From an uncultured Nitrososphaerales archaeon (GTDB taxonomy: Archaea; Thermoproteota; Nitrososphaeria; Nitrososphaerales; Nitrososphaeraceae), in contig CAVQMO010000012.1 in the NCBI GenBank assembly GCA_963713605.1, forward strand, positions 224,001-288,000: 64,000 nt of DNA. Reading direction: 5' to 3'. Shown piece after piece: positions 11,306-22,820 of this stretch (its first letter is position 1; every line of letters begins with the position of its first letter). Under the pieces are notes generated by a model, which saw only the letters and a list, made by a program, of their open reading frames with translations, did no database searches and had not been told where the DNA came from. Position numbers and translations under genes: made by a program.

Positions 11306-12883
11306 ATGCTGCCAGCCGACTCAGGGATTCCATTCAATGCTTGGAAGATACTTGCCATACTAAGCTGTATATCAATAATGGTACTTTATGCGGAAACCAT
11401 GCTTATACCAGCTATTCCTCACATCATAGATGAATTTAATATTACGTATGGTACATCTTCCTGGATCCTTTCATCATACCTTATCGCAGGAGCTGTCTCT
11501 GTGCCTGTGGCAGGAAAGCTATCTGACATGTACGGGAGAAAGAAAATTCTCTTGCTTGTACTTATAATATATACTGCAGGAGTAGTTGGAGCTGCATTTT
11601 CAGTTGATTTCCATTCATTGTTGATTTCAAGGACTGTACAGGGGGTAGGATTGTCTGTATTTCCCATTGTATTTGCAATTGTTCAAGACGAATTTCCCAG
11701 GAACAAAATTGCAATTGCACAAGGAACACTTGCTTCAATGTTTGCCTTTGGAGGGGTACTTGGTCTGGTTGTGGGCGGAAACATAATAGAATACTTTGGT
11801 TGGAAAGCGACATTTTATTCCGTTGCACCGGTAGCTGTATTGTTGATAATTATAATCATAAAGCAGGTCCATGTCAAAGATTCATCTCAAGGATCGCATA
11901 CATTGATTCAGCAGCGAAAGCAATTTTTCTATGGAAACGAGAAAGAAGGTGATGATGATGACGATTCCGCAGAAAAGAGAACGAATCTTCCAAATACAGT
12001 CAAAGGAGGTTTAGCGAGACTGGATATCAAGGGAGTAATATTTCTTGTCATAACTATTACCTCCTTTCTATCCGCTCTAACGCTGGTACAAACATCATCA
12101 TCATCACCATCATCACCATCAACTGGAAATACAATCTCCCATGACTGGCAGCTTGCCATCCTTGCTTTTCTAGGCTCCGCTTCTCTTGCTGTATTCATTT
12201 TTGTAGAGAAGAGATCCTCGTCACCTATTGTAGATTTCAAACTTATCTCCAAAAAACCTGTACTCCTGTCAAATATGTTGGTAATAATCTGGGGCATCTG
12301 CACTTTTGCAATCTTTCAGACCATACCCATATTAGTTCAGAGTCCAGTTCAGGCTGGAGGGTTAGGTGGCAACGCTGTAAATGCCGCAAATATACAGCTG
12401 CCGTTTTCCATTACATCGCTTATCTTTGGCCCGACATCAGGATTTATAATATCAAAGATAGGCTCGCCAAGGGTAACAATCATAGGAGCATTGGTTATGA
12501 CTTGTGGCTTTTTTCTAATGTTAGTCTTGAGTACTAACGTAATACACTTGGTGACAGCACTGGCTGTAATCGGGATTGGGTTGTCTCTTCTAAATGTTGG
12601 ACAGCTTAATGTGAATTCTATTTCGGTCTCCCCTCGATTGATAGGAACGTCACTTGGCATAAATACATTATTAAGATATATCGGATCTGCTATCGGCCCT
12701 GTTATAGCTGGAATGCTTATGCAAAGCAACCAGACTGTAATCAATGTTACTGGTAACATGCCTAAGTCTTTTCCTTCAGGTCAATCATACGGCTTTATTT
12801 TTGCAGTCTCCCTGGCTTTATCAGTAATTGCGATAATATTGTCAGTGAAGATATTGCAAATCAAAAAGTGGGATCAAAAATAG
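11306..12883 (+). CDS. MFS drug:H+ antiporter (DHA2-like, about 14 TM)
   Basis: GKLSDMYGRK motif A, SWILSSYL, RTVQGVG, LDIKG and EKR...P.VDF motifs. Confidence 0.92.
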   Translation: MLPADSGIPFNAWKILAILSCISIMVLYAETMLIPAIPHIIDEFNITYGTSSWILSSYLIAGAVSVPVAGKLSDMYGRKKILLLVLIIYTAGVVGAAFSVDFHSLLISRTVQGVGLSVFPIVFAIVQDEFPRNKIAIAQGTLASMFAFGGVLGLVVGGNIIEYFGWKATFYSVAPVAVLLIIIIIKQVHVKDSSQGSHTLIQQRKQFFYGNEKEGDDDDDSAEKRTNLPNTVKGGLARLDIKGVIFLVITITSFLSALTLVQTSSSSPSSPSTGNTISHDWQLAILAFLGSASLAVFIFVEKRSSSPIVDFKLISKKPVLLSNMLVIIWGICTFAIFQTIPILVQSPVQAGGLGGNAVNAANIQLPFSITSLIFGPTSGFIISKIGSPRVTIIGALVMTCGFFLMLVLSTNVIHLVTALAVIGIGLSLLNVGQLNVNSISVSPRLIGTSLGINTLLRYIGSAIGPVIAGMLMQSNQTVINVTGNMPKSFPSGQSYGFIFAVSLALSVIAIILSVKILQIKKWDQK

Positions 12884-13566
12884 ACAATCCGGTTAAGAGT
12901 TCATTATTTATAACATTACGGCATTGTATAATCACAAGACTCAGATTATAGTCAGATATAATCTGGCTCATTGCCAACAGTATCCTTGGATAAACAGATA
13001 CTATTATTTAGTAAAGACAATGATTCGCTTTGCGTATTACTGAATAATATTATTTCATGGAAAACCCAACGATCACCAACGGGTCTTCCTATAGCAGAAA
13101 CAAAATTGATTTGATTCCCGACCTATAGGAGCTCAGTTCCAGCAGAACGGGACAGTTGGTAAAGTACGGTGAAATACCAATACAGTAAAAGCTATGGCAT
13201 CTGCATTCGTGATGATAACTCATAGAGTGTCCAAAACCATCAAGCTAGTTTTGGTAGTTGGAGTTGGCGTCACTGTTCCATAGTAACACTTTCACGACAT
13301 ACTAGTTTTATCGTGGCATGATAGTTGCGGTATGAATCGTGACATGATCAGTGTCCGCTCGGCTCGTTTCCTATCTAAGTTTGAATCAAAATAATCAGTT
13401 AAATGAAAAATTATGGGAATGGACATATGCATGGCCAAGACAGTAGTCGATGGAAAGCGCCTACACATCGACTATGTCTCAATGAACATGTCAAAATTTC
13501 TCTTGACGGCATGTATTGTACAATTCAATAACCATTACATCCAGTATTCTGTCAACGTATCTTTAT

Positions 13567-13929
13567 CTAATTGTGTAATCTGAACAGTTTCCGATATAGT
13601 ATGAACAGTTCTTGTTTCAAATTTGTTAACTCATCAGTTCTGTCCAAGTAGTCAGCTATTTCATCAAATGAGTAACCAGAATCATTCAAGCTTTTAGTAA
13701 GTCAGTCGATACCAGCTTGCTTCAACGTATCTGATGCAGCAAGAAGACTATTTACTGTCTCAAAATTGTCACTGCCATCCCAACCAAAATAAGACATTAT
13801 TACTCCCATAGCACATCTGCCATTCTGTCCATCAGAATATTGCAACTGAATCTGTCTGAATTGCTTCCCATTTGTTCTTAGAATCTGAGACACGGTTAGT
13901 TTATGTTTTAAAGTAGCTGCTGTCTACAT
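13567..13929 (-). pseudogene. Hypothetical protein with two in-frame stops
   Basis: ATG-TAG at the start, GRCAMGVIMSYFGWDG, TGA at 13702-13704, then in-frame LNDSGYSFDEIADYLD. Confidence 0.55.
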
Positions 13930-14060
13930 ATAAGGTTCAAATTGAATAAAGGAACTCCACGATTTCTGATCTCACATTTGCATTCAGATCACAGTCAATA
14001 AAAGTTTAGAATCTTTTCTGTTTTTTATACATATTCTAATAGCCTGCGAACTAATTGACG

Positions 14061-14402
14061 TTAATTCTCATCCTTATCATCTTTATCAACTGCAATAGGG
14101 ACTAATTCAGATTGTATCGTAGTCAACAATCTTATTATCCTCTCGTAGTGCTTCCTCAAGGACAGACTCCTTGTCTTGGCGTGCAACTCAGGAAATGCGT
14201 TTTGGGATTCTCGTATTCTAAAGAGTGCAGAATCAACCTTATTTACATAGAGAACACGACTCAGTCTGAGCAAATAATACTCTGCTTTTAACAATAATGC
14301 CTTATCATTCTGTGAAACATTAGTGCGTGAAGCGAATGTCGAAAGTGCTCTCCTTTGCTCTTCTATATCTATTCTAAACTTAGAAAAAAATTCTTCGGAC
14401 AA
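14061..14402 (-). CDS. Hypothetical helical protein
   Basis: 113-aa ORF co-oriented downstream of the Rieske gene. Confidence 0.55.
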   Translation of the reverse strand: MSEEFFSKFRIDIEEQRRALSTFASRTNVSQNDKALLLKAEYYLLRLSRVLYVNKVDSALFRIRESQNAFPELHAKTRSLSLRKHYERIIRLLTTIQSELVPIAVDKDDKDEN

Positions 14403-14467
14403 AGGTTATCAGTAAGAAGAAGGTGGGTTCAACTATTTACTTCCTTCAATGTTTAAAGGGCAAGACA

Positions 14468-16509
14468 TTACTCAAAAAGGTTCTGGCCTAATGATAATTG
14501 AACAGCCGTTTGATACGTATGTGTTTGCGACCGCATGGTCGGAGAATGTGCAGCTAAATAGCGGACTGCCGACAATATGAAATGATACTGCCTAATTTTG
14601 TGATTATCAGTAGAAGGAGATGATAACGTACCTTTTATATTAGAGCATTGTCTAAAGGCGGCTTCTATCATCTGAATCAAATGAAAGCTGCGATCCTCTC
14701 GCAGTAAGAGTCTTCCAATCAAATCCATAAGAATACGGTGTCTTTTCTGTTCTGTTTGTAATTCGGGATTGTTATTCATACTGTCGTTATCTGCAGAGGG
14801 ATGATCATAATAATCGGCTACTAATTGTCCTACTGGCTCTACTTGTTGTTGCTTATCAAGTAGTGTTGATAAGTCTTTTTCAATTGCATTTCGTTTTTCG
14901 ATGTCGTAGATAGTATCTGAATTAGTGCTCGGATTAGGAATAGGAGCTGGTGGTATGTTAAGAAATCTGTTTAGATATACCCGCATTGCAGCATCAAATA
15001 TACCTCGTATTAGTTCTTGCAGTTGAATACTAGTAGCTGGAGACTGAGGCTTAGGTTGAGGTCCATGACTAACGGATGCAGAAATACGTTTCACAGATTG
15101 ATGTACTGCATTAGCGAATGTGAATGTGTGAAGAGCGACATCCCAATCTGAAAATTCATTGCGTGTGTTAAACTGATTTATTCTAAGTGCAGCTGCATAG
15201 GCAACTAATACTGCTATCTCCTCTCCAGACATTCCCCGTTTCAAAGCATCAAGTAGAACATTAACTATTAACTGAGGATCACCTCCTAAGAGAGTATCGA
15301 TTATACTGATTTCATTTTTGTTATCCCTCTTCTTGCTTGTATGCTCTATCCGGTCTGTTTTTTCCTCTTCTCTTTTTGCTTTTCCTTCTTCCAAAATATT
15401 GGGTAGTTCTTTGAATGTGCTCTCAAGTATCGCAATCAAATCTATGGGATTACGCCATGAACTAGACTCTTCCATTCGCTCTGCATCGGCATAGCCTGAT
15501 ACAAGACTACTTAAGACCGATGCAACTAATTCTTTATCATTCCAGCCAACGATATCTAGTGCTTCTAATGCTTTATTGGTAAAATCCAGAGTATGCCCTC
15601 CACCTATAAATCTGTGATCTGTTGCTGCTGCCAAAAAGCATATCAGCTAGGGACACTGCATCTGCATCTGCATGAATTGCTGTTACTAGACAGCGTTCTG
15701 CAGCTGCTGCCATTCCTTGATTCTACAAATTCACGGAACCATCTCTTAAGAGTCGGCAAGTCAGGCCAAGGTTTGGGTAAAGGGGCAACTATGAATCTAG
15801 GTGGCATAGAAGCACAGTCTTGCGCCACAGCAGATAGACCCTGATACAAAGCATGTAGTTTATCATCATTTTTGTCAAGGCATAATGTAGCAATATTCAT
15901 CATACAAGTATGGATTGTTAATCCAATCCCCCATCCAGATTGCTTGTACATTGCACCGAATTCTAAGCCTTTTCTAAAGGAGTATTTCAAACTATTATCA
16001 CTACCAGTATCAACATTATCTTCCATTGAAGATTTGTAGAAATTCTGCTGCGATGATAGAGAGAGTCCAATTATTGCCTTTGCTATTATTAATGAAATAT
16101 TTCGTTTCAAACCTGTATCAAGCAATATTTCATTATTGGCTAGGGTGGTGGAGCCAACATATGATTCATATTCGATTGGGCTTGGTGGTATGCCTATCCA
16201 GATCTCGCTATTATCTCGAATTTGTACTGGATACGATTTTACATCGCCAGCCCACTGATCAAAAGTTCCGCCATTATGAAGATCAAATCGTGCATGATGC
16301 CAGTGACATGTAAGTATGCCGTCTTTGAAAGTACCTTGGCTAAGAGGAAAGCCCATGTGAGGACATCTATTGTCTAAAGCATAAACTTTATAATTGTATA
16401 AAAAAAGTACAATAGGATGTTTCTTGAACGACAACGAGAGGCACTTACCTTCAGTCTCTATATCTTTTAGATCTGCCGCATATACAAATTGATAGTCTTT
16501 GTCGGACAT
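14468..16509 (-). CDS. Rieske [2Fe-2S] domain protein with long His-motif helical C-terminal region (two frameshifts at ~15630-15715)
   Basis: DNRCPHMGFPL...LTCHWHHARFD Rieske ligands. An alternative frame (AAAAERCLVTAIHAD...LADML) bridges ORFs 15643-16509 and 14468-15634. Confidence 0.85.
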
Positions 16510-16810
16510 CGTATAGGTTAGATTGTATGTTTACCATAATTATTCCTATGCGTGTGAATGTATTATGAATCACGTTCTAAGTAGTTTAAGACAGACAATT
16601 AGAAGCTGTAAGGGTTTCATATATTGGATAGATCTCTTCTTCAATCAGGAGGGACTGGAATTTTTAATGGATAGTTTCGATAATCAAAGTACTTCCTATT
16701 ACCTTGTTTTCATCTCCGCCTGCATCGCTATGTATTAGCGGTATCATAAACATTGATAATATAACATAATTAAGTGTAGCTATTACCGGTACTTCTCGAT
16801 TCTAAATGTT

Positions 16811-17476
16811 CTATTCATGACTGTACATGTCATGCTTTCTAAATGCTGCATAATATGCGACAGTAGCTAGACCTATTGCAAATACATACCAGATTGGTAT
16901 AACGAAATTTCCTGCATTAATAGCTCCCATGTGCATAGATGTCCAATCTGAGTACTGCATAAGCAGACCTCCTTTCGGATCTGAATCTAACGGTACTAGC
17001 CATCTATTTACAAACCAAGCAAAATCTTCGACCACTATTGCCGATATCAAAGTAGCACAACCAAGAAACAGCGCCTTCCTTCTCTTATTTTTTCCGAATA
17101 CCTTCAAAGTCATATCGTCGATAAGTGCAGCAAAACTAATTAGAACAAAAATGAAAAACATTGGAAATATATGATACTGATACATGTTGCCTAGAATCGG
17201 CTCTGTCTCTCTACTGCGATCGGAAACTGTCTCTGTCGTTACTATGGCTTTTCCATCATTATTTGAGATTTGTAGGGCAGGGTCCTTGATAAAGTAGTAC
17301 TCCAGATTTGCAAAACATGCAGCAAAAACTACTCCTATGACTGCAGCAGCGATAAATTCTATCCTCCGGGCGCCAAGTTGTCCACGAACATGATCAAATC
17401 TAGAGACATCTTTATTCCTATTGTGAAAATCATTTGTTTTAGGTGCAGATGATCTTGTGATATCACTAAATGACAT
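16811..17476 (-). CDS. Multi-pass membrane protein, unknown function
   Basis: About 4 TM helices with conserved-looking LEYY, YH and EDFAW motifs. Confidence 0.75.
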   Translation of the reverse strand: MSFSDITRSSAPKTNDFHNRNKDVSRFDHVRGQLGARRIEFIAAAVIGVVFAACFANLEYYFIKDPALQISNNDGKAIVTTETVSDRSRETEPILGNMYQYHIFPMFFIFVLISFAALIDDMTLKVFGKNKRRKALFLGCATLISAIVVEDFAWFVNRWLVPLDSDPKGGLLMQYSDWTSMHMGAINAGNFVIPIWYVFAIGLATVAYYAAFRKHDMYSHE

Positions 17477-17892
17477 TCATTCTTTATATAGCTTCATTTG
17501 ACACCAGACACGTCAAAATCATGACATTCAGGAACGCTCTTTTCTTATTCACTACACTGAAATAAGATATTCAAGAGCTCATCAGGCCAGCGAATTTGTC
17601 TTGAAGAAGTGAGTAGTCAGGAATCGAACACTGAGGAGAAATACGAGCTCGTGTTTCTACTCCATTACCAAATCTACTCTAGTCATTATTCACAATATAC
17701 ATATTTAAAGGCTCAGGAATGGAATCGAACTTTAACCGAGATTTACTTGATCTGGCTAAATCTGTTTACGAATAAAATCCTAAGCTCGAAGATGTCATTA
17801 TTTCATTAGTGCACAGAATAAAGGAGACTGCCAGTACGGTCTTGACAAAACTCGTTCAGCATCTTCCGGCTATTTTTCACGTTCATATAATA

Positions 17893-18420
17893 TCACTTGG
17901 TCATCTGAGAAAATATCTTTGACACATGTTCTCCGGTTTCACATTCGTCATCAGGATCATCTGATGTTACTTGAATAGCATACACTTGAGTGGTGGCTGT
18001 CAGATTCAAGTTGTGGCCTAGATATTCTGCAGTGTGATCCTGAAAACTAGGTTTTCCTCGTCCTGATTCTGTGTCCAAACATTCATTCAATTTTACGTCA
18101 TTTGATAGAAGATGATTTGTAGAATAATACGGATTTGTGCCAGACCCTTCAGAAATAGTGATCATAAAATTTCCTTTGTCAGTTTTGAAAACATACGCCT
18201 CGTAACCCTCATCACCTAAAGATGCATCATGTGTGCCTCCGGCTTTTCCCTGTACATTAACAAAGGGAGTATTTCCATTCCTTAATCCAAAGTCAGTTAT
18301 AATGTAGTCTTCCGTACGCAACTTTTGTGCATACGATGGGATAGAAATGATCGAAGGAATCAGAAGTACCGTAATAGCACATAACACTAGCCACATTTGA
18401 CCTGACGCCTTAAATCCCAT
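17893..18420 (-). CDS. Secreted hypothetical protein
   Basis: Signal peptide ending SYA; two Cys; TTTATA upstream. Confidence 0.75.
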   Translation of the reverse strand: MGFKASGQMWLVLCAITVLLIPSIISIPSYAQKLRTEDYIITDFGLRNGNTPFVNVQGKAGGTHDASLGDEGYEAYVFKTDKGNFMITISEGSGTNPYYSTNHLLSNDVKLNECLDTESGRGKPSFQDHTAEYLGHNLNLTATTQVYAIQVTSDDPDDECETGEHVSKIFSQMTK

Positions 18421-18952
18421 TAGTTATTTTCGATTTGTTCTGCTTATAAAGATATGGTTATTATTTATTCGGAGTTAGTTTCTTAAAAATAAATATTAAT
18501 GATCTGCCACTTCATATGCCTTCTCCTCTTAATATGTTTTCGAAAAAACTTACCTGATAACAAACCATCTGCCAGACAATTCGTGCCTTCATGACATACC
18601 AAGCTTAGATCTTCAGTAGTCCCTGGGGAAAAAGTGCTATAGGTTTTATGAGTCATTTCACTGACAATTGAAGCGCAATAAGTGGTTTGTCGGATGCACT
18701 GGAGGGCAATGAAAAGATGAGGGTAAACAAGATGTTGGACAAGTTTTATTAGAGGAAGCATTGGCATAGAGAAGAATAAATAGGTTAAGGGATGGTCAAT
18801 TCAATTGTAACAAATGGTACATCCCCTATCCAATCATTATCAAAAATGATCCTTTTCATATATTTTGGTTAAGAGGAATAATAATACATATTAAGAAATA
18901 ACTGCAAATTTGAAGTATATATAATAAACAACTTATTGCCCTATTTATAACG

Positions 18953-19138
18953 ATGGTGACAACAACTACAGAAATAGAAAGTGCATTATGTATTGTAGTG
19001 GGATTTACTTTGACCTATTTGTTCTTAGAACTAGCATGGCATTTTACTGCCTGCAAAATTAAAGATGGGACAACACTTAAGCCATGCTTATTTAAGGAAT
19101 TAAGAAAACAAATCCTTCTTGTAAGCAATAGATTGTGA
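18953..19138 (+). CDS. Small single-TM protein
   Basis: 61 aa with a hydrophobic helix followed by LELAWHFTAC; overlaps the next ORF by 4 nt. Confidence 0.55.
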   Translation: MVTTTTEIESALCIVVGFTLTYLFLELAWHFTACKIKDGTTLKPCLFKELRKQILLVSNRL

Positions 19139-19536
19139 GGCTGAACACTATGAATCTGCTTGATTATATATGTGACCGAATCCAAAAAGTTGATAGATCT
19201 ATCAGGTACGTAGGTTTAGCTAACAAGATGGGTACAAGGATTGAAGATCATTATAGAAACGGATTGGATCCACTTCTGGAAGAAAATGAATTAGATATCT
19301 CTTCATTAGAATCCGTTTTACGAATGAATTTAAGATGTAATATACAGTATAAACTTGGAAAGCCTTTATACTCATTTACTCTATATGAGAAAGTTAAAAG
19401 GGTAACAATACCACTATACGATAGTGATTACCAAATACTTATGATTTCATTTGACATTGATGGAAAGAATGAATATGTTATTCTTGAAAAAGTATTATCA
19501 TTGTTAAAAAAGGGTACATATAATGATTATACCTAA
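19135..19536 (+). CDS. DUF6659-like (roadblock/sensor-like) thaumarchaeal protein
   Basis: IRYVGLANKMG...R.GL.PLL...LGKPLYSFTLYEKVKRVTIP pattern. Confidence 0.7.
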   Translation: MRLNTMNLLDYICDRIQKVDRSIRYVGLANKMGTRIEDHYRNGLDPLLEENELDISSLESVLRMNLRCNIQYKLGKPLYSFTLYEKVKRVTIPLYDSDYQILMISFDIDGKNEYVILEKVLSLLKKGTYNDYT

Positions 19537-19909
19537 CATGAAATTGCATTCGTGACATCGTAATTGCATTACTAGAATGCGGATTTAGATCTTGATTTTG
19601 CGAGATTCATATGTATAAGCAAGATATGCAAGTGGAGTACTTCCAATTCATATTGTCACGAGGTGCAGCCGGAAAAGACGACCGTACAGCCTGAAAGACA
19701 ATCTCAACAGCCATCAGAAGCGCCAGGAGTTACGACTGTACCGCCGGAAAGACAATTGCAAGCTAGCCCTGAACAACAGGAAGATGGAATTAATGCTGCT
19801 ATAGAGCAAAAAGATGAGCAATTTAGAAATGTATAGCTTAACGTATAATATTTCCACGAATATCCATGTTTATTTCAAATAAGAATGAACTTAATTTATC
19901 AGTTCTTGT

Positions 19910-20324
19910 AAAGCTGTATTACAAGAAGATGATGATGAAAATAATGGTGGTAATGAAGAACAAATTGAAAAAGTTGAGATTGATAAGAAAGCGCCAATTG
20001 CAATCTCAGGTGACAATGTATACATTGTCTGGTTTAATGACCAAAACACCCCCGAACAACAATTCTGAAGTATTATTTAGATCATCTAATGATGGCGGAA
20101 TCACATTTGCAGATAGGATCAATCTGAGCAATACGACGTCTGCTGATACTATTAATGCAGGGATAGCTGCAGATGGAAGTAACGTTATCGTGACATGGCG
20201 GGAACGTAATGCAACTAGTGAAGAGCCAGTTGTAACACAAAGTAATGATAATGGTTCAACATTTGGACCAGTATTAAAGTTAACAACTAATTGAACTATT
20301 GGAGAAACAGCCGAAGATGGATAG
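19910..20324 (+). pseudogene. Asp-box (BNR/sialidase-like) protein with frameshift and nonsense codon
   Basis: KAPIAISGDNVYIVW, shift in a C-run at ~20050, SNDGGITF and SNDNGSTFGPVL, then TGA in place of GGA in NGTIG at 20292. Confidence 0.7.
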
Positions 20325-20677
20325 CAACAACACATCTTTGCATCTTTCTATCAATAAAATATAAGTTAATTCATCATCTCTTTTATTTGACTAGGTTTAA
20401 TCCGTCGATGCAGACAATCTTAAGCATAAAGTTAGAGATCAATATTTGCTTCATTAACTCTTACTCGAGAAAATTGGTATATTCAATCTACTTTAGTTTA
20501 TAACAAATCTCGAGTCAGACGACCACAACGTATATACGTCAAAAGTTCCTGTATACTAACGAAATTTTAGCTTTTCTAATTTTGATATTAATATTGATAT
20601 AGTTCAGATCAGGCAATTAACTTCAAGACTTACGCAAAAAAAGCAAAAAAATAGACATTCTTTACAACTGTCTATTG

Positions 20678-21325
20678 TTACTCTACCTTAATTTCCTTCC
20701 CTTTAGGTTTCGATTTATCTTTCTTGTTAAATGTTATTTCAAGTATGCCATTGTTATATTTTGATTTTGCTGTTGCCAGATCAGCCTCTTCAGGTAGTTC
20801 TATCGTTTCATGATATCTCCGCGCTATACCTTCAGCATCTGTGGTTGTCACTTCCAATGTGCTGTCGTATACATTTATCTTGATATATTCTTTATTTACT
20901 CCGGGCATCTCTACCACTACTTTTATCTCTTTATCTGTAGTAGAAATGTCGACTAAAGGTTCTCTTTCGGAAGATATTAATGGCCTAGTACCAAACATTC
21001 CTTTCCCTAATCCGCTCCTTCCCTCTCGGAATGGTGATTTGACATTTCCGAACTCTCTTACTTTAGGTCTACCGTCTGGCCCAAAGGTCATGGAGTACCC
21101 ATATACAAATGGACCATATTCTCGCACTTTTGCTCCTTCTGGTGTTTCGTATTCCCTAACTAATTCTTTAGGAGTGCTTGATTCAAATTGCTTAAATCCC
21201 TCTTCGAACTCCCTTTCCATACGATTTCGCATCTCATCAAAGCTCTTAAGTATATCATCAAAACCCGATCTGCCCTGGAAGTATTTCTTAAACCAATCAG
21301 AAGGCTCTATATCCCAAAAACTCAT
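20678..21325 (-). CDS. hsp20: Archaeal small heat-shock protein Hsp20
   Basis: GPFVYGYSMTFGPDGRPKVREFGN, REPLVD, EMPGV and YNNGILEI motifs. Confidence 0.95.
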   Translation of the reverse strand: MSFWDIEPSDWFKKYFQGRSGFDDILKSFDEMRNRMEREFEEGFKQFESSTPKELVREYETPEGAKVREYGPFVYGYSMTFGPDGRPKVREFGNVKSPFREGRSGLGKGMFGTRPLISSEREPLVDISTTDKEIKVVVEMPGVNKEYIKINVYDSTLEVTTTDAEGIARRYHETIELPEEADLATAKSKYNNGILEITFNKKDKSKPKGKEIKVE

Positions 21326-21373
21326 TGTCTAATACGTCACCAATATTATTTTATGACAAATCATAATTTAAGT

Positions 21374-21396
21374 GTTACTCACATGCCATGAGTAAC
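21374..21396. promoter_or_regulatory. Palindromic operator candidate abutting the hsp20 TATA box
   Basis: GTTACTCA-N7-TGAGTAAC perfect 8-bp inverted repeat immediately upstream of minus-strand CTTAAATTA (21364-21372). Confidence 0.55.
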
Positions 21397-21867
21397 CGGT
21401 TTTAATATTCAGGAGAACCACATATTGAATAGAAAGTAGTTAATTATAGCACGCAATATTTTTTGCATGCTTCTTTATTGTACCGCTGCTCCCAACACAT
21501 ATTTAGATAATCTATATGGTTACTATTATAATTAAAAAATAAATCTGAATAATTGATATGACAATATTGAATTTTGGTTGTAGTATATAAATAGAGCTCA
21601 AGTTTTATCAATATCTAAGAAGACGATATCAGTAAAAAATAAATATAATAAACACCAATTGTTAGTAACGGAGTGAACATCTAAGATTATGTTTTCGCAA
21701 CGACGATTACAAGCCTGCATCGCATTGTTAAAAAATAGTGCAACTGAATTAAAAGATATGCAAGATAACAATATAATGGCTGCAAGATTTATGATCGAAA
21801 TTCCGGAGTCTGGTTTGGATCCACAAAGACATGACTTAGAGGAGGTTAAATCTTTCTGAACTTTATC

Positions 21868-22820
21868 ATGATCAAGGTTAGAATGTCGCAGATATTGATT
21901 AGAGGTGTTATGTCAGCTTTACTATCTAATAATCTGATAGTACAGATACTCTTGGTAAAGAGAAAAGCGAGGAGGAATGTACAAGAAATTAAAAGGGAGG
22001 AGATTAGAATTACGGTAAGAAAGAAGTTTAACCGTACGCCTCCGCTAGCAGACACCAATGTGCTTTTGGATGTTCTAGGCAATGAAACGAGAAGAAGAAT
22101 TTTGAACCTGATTTCACATGAACCTATGTATTTTAACCAACTAACTAAAGAGATACGAACAGGTCAACAGGCAATCCTGCGCCATGTGAAGATTTTGGAA
22201 GACACCGGACTGATTAAATCTTACGCTGAGAGAAGCGATTAGGTGCTCCAGACAGAAAATATTATAGAGTCAATTCCTCCTTCAACCTAAGTATTTCAGT
22301 TTCAAATGATAATTTTACTGTAAGAAATGAAGACATTGAGGAATTAAGATATAAAGAGGCAGACGCTCTTTACAAGAAATTTGATGAACTTGATTCTATC
22401 ATTCTTAGTCATGATAACAATACTCTAGACGAATCCATGGGTAAGAATACAACAAGCAATCAACGAAAATCGGTTATGTCACTAGATCAGATACTGTTAA
22501 AGTTGCAACAAAATCTAGAAGATACAGAAGGACAAATACTACATCTAGAGTCTCGTCTTAATGACCTGCGAGCATTAAAACAAGCGATAATTAAAAAAAT
22601 ACATGATACAGAGAAAGAAAATTTTGATGATATAGAACGTAGACTTATATGCTCTGTAATGGAGGGGCCGATGTGTCGAAATGAAGAGCAATTAACCATT
22701 TCAGAGCTTGCTGAAATATTGGATAAGAATGAAAAAACAATAAGAAATGCACTATCTAGAATTACTGATAAACTAGAAATTGGGAGTAATATTTATGAAG
22801 TGTTTAAGAACTTGGCCTAA
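21868..22820 (+). CDS. ArsR-family wHTH regulator with coiled coil (archaeal heat-shock-regulator-like), frameshift at ~22240
   Basis: LDVLGNETRRRIL...EPMYF...GQQAILRH..ILED.GLI. Restoring one T gives SDLGAPDRKYYRV, continuing into ORF 22437-22820. The true start is probably downstream of 21868. Confidence 0.8.

Noticed and set aside
17610..17740. Two GGAATCGAAC (reverse GTTCGATTCC) T-loop-like motifs
   Set aside because: Flanking stems do not pair into a cloverleaf.
9825..22242. Programmed frameshifting or recoding as an explanation of split genes
   Set aside because: Breaks are both +1 and -1, occur in unrelated genes and lack slippery heptamers or common context. Error or decay is simpler.
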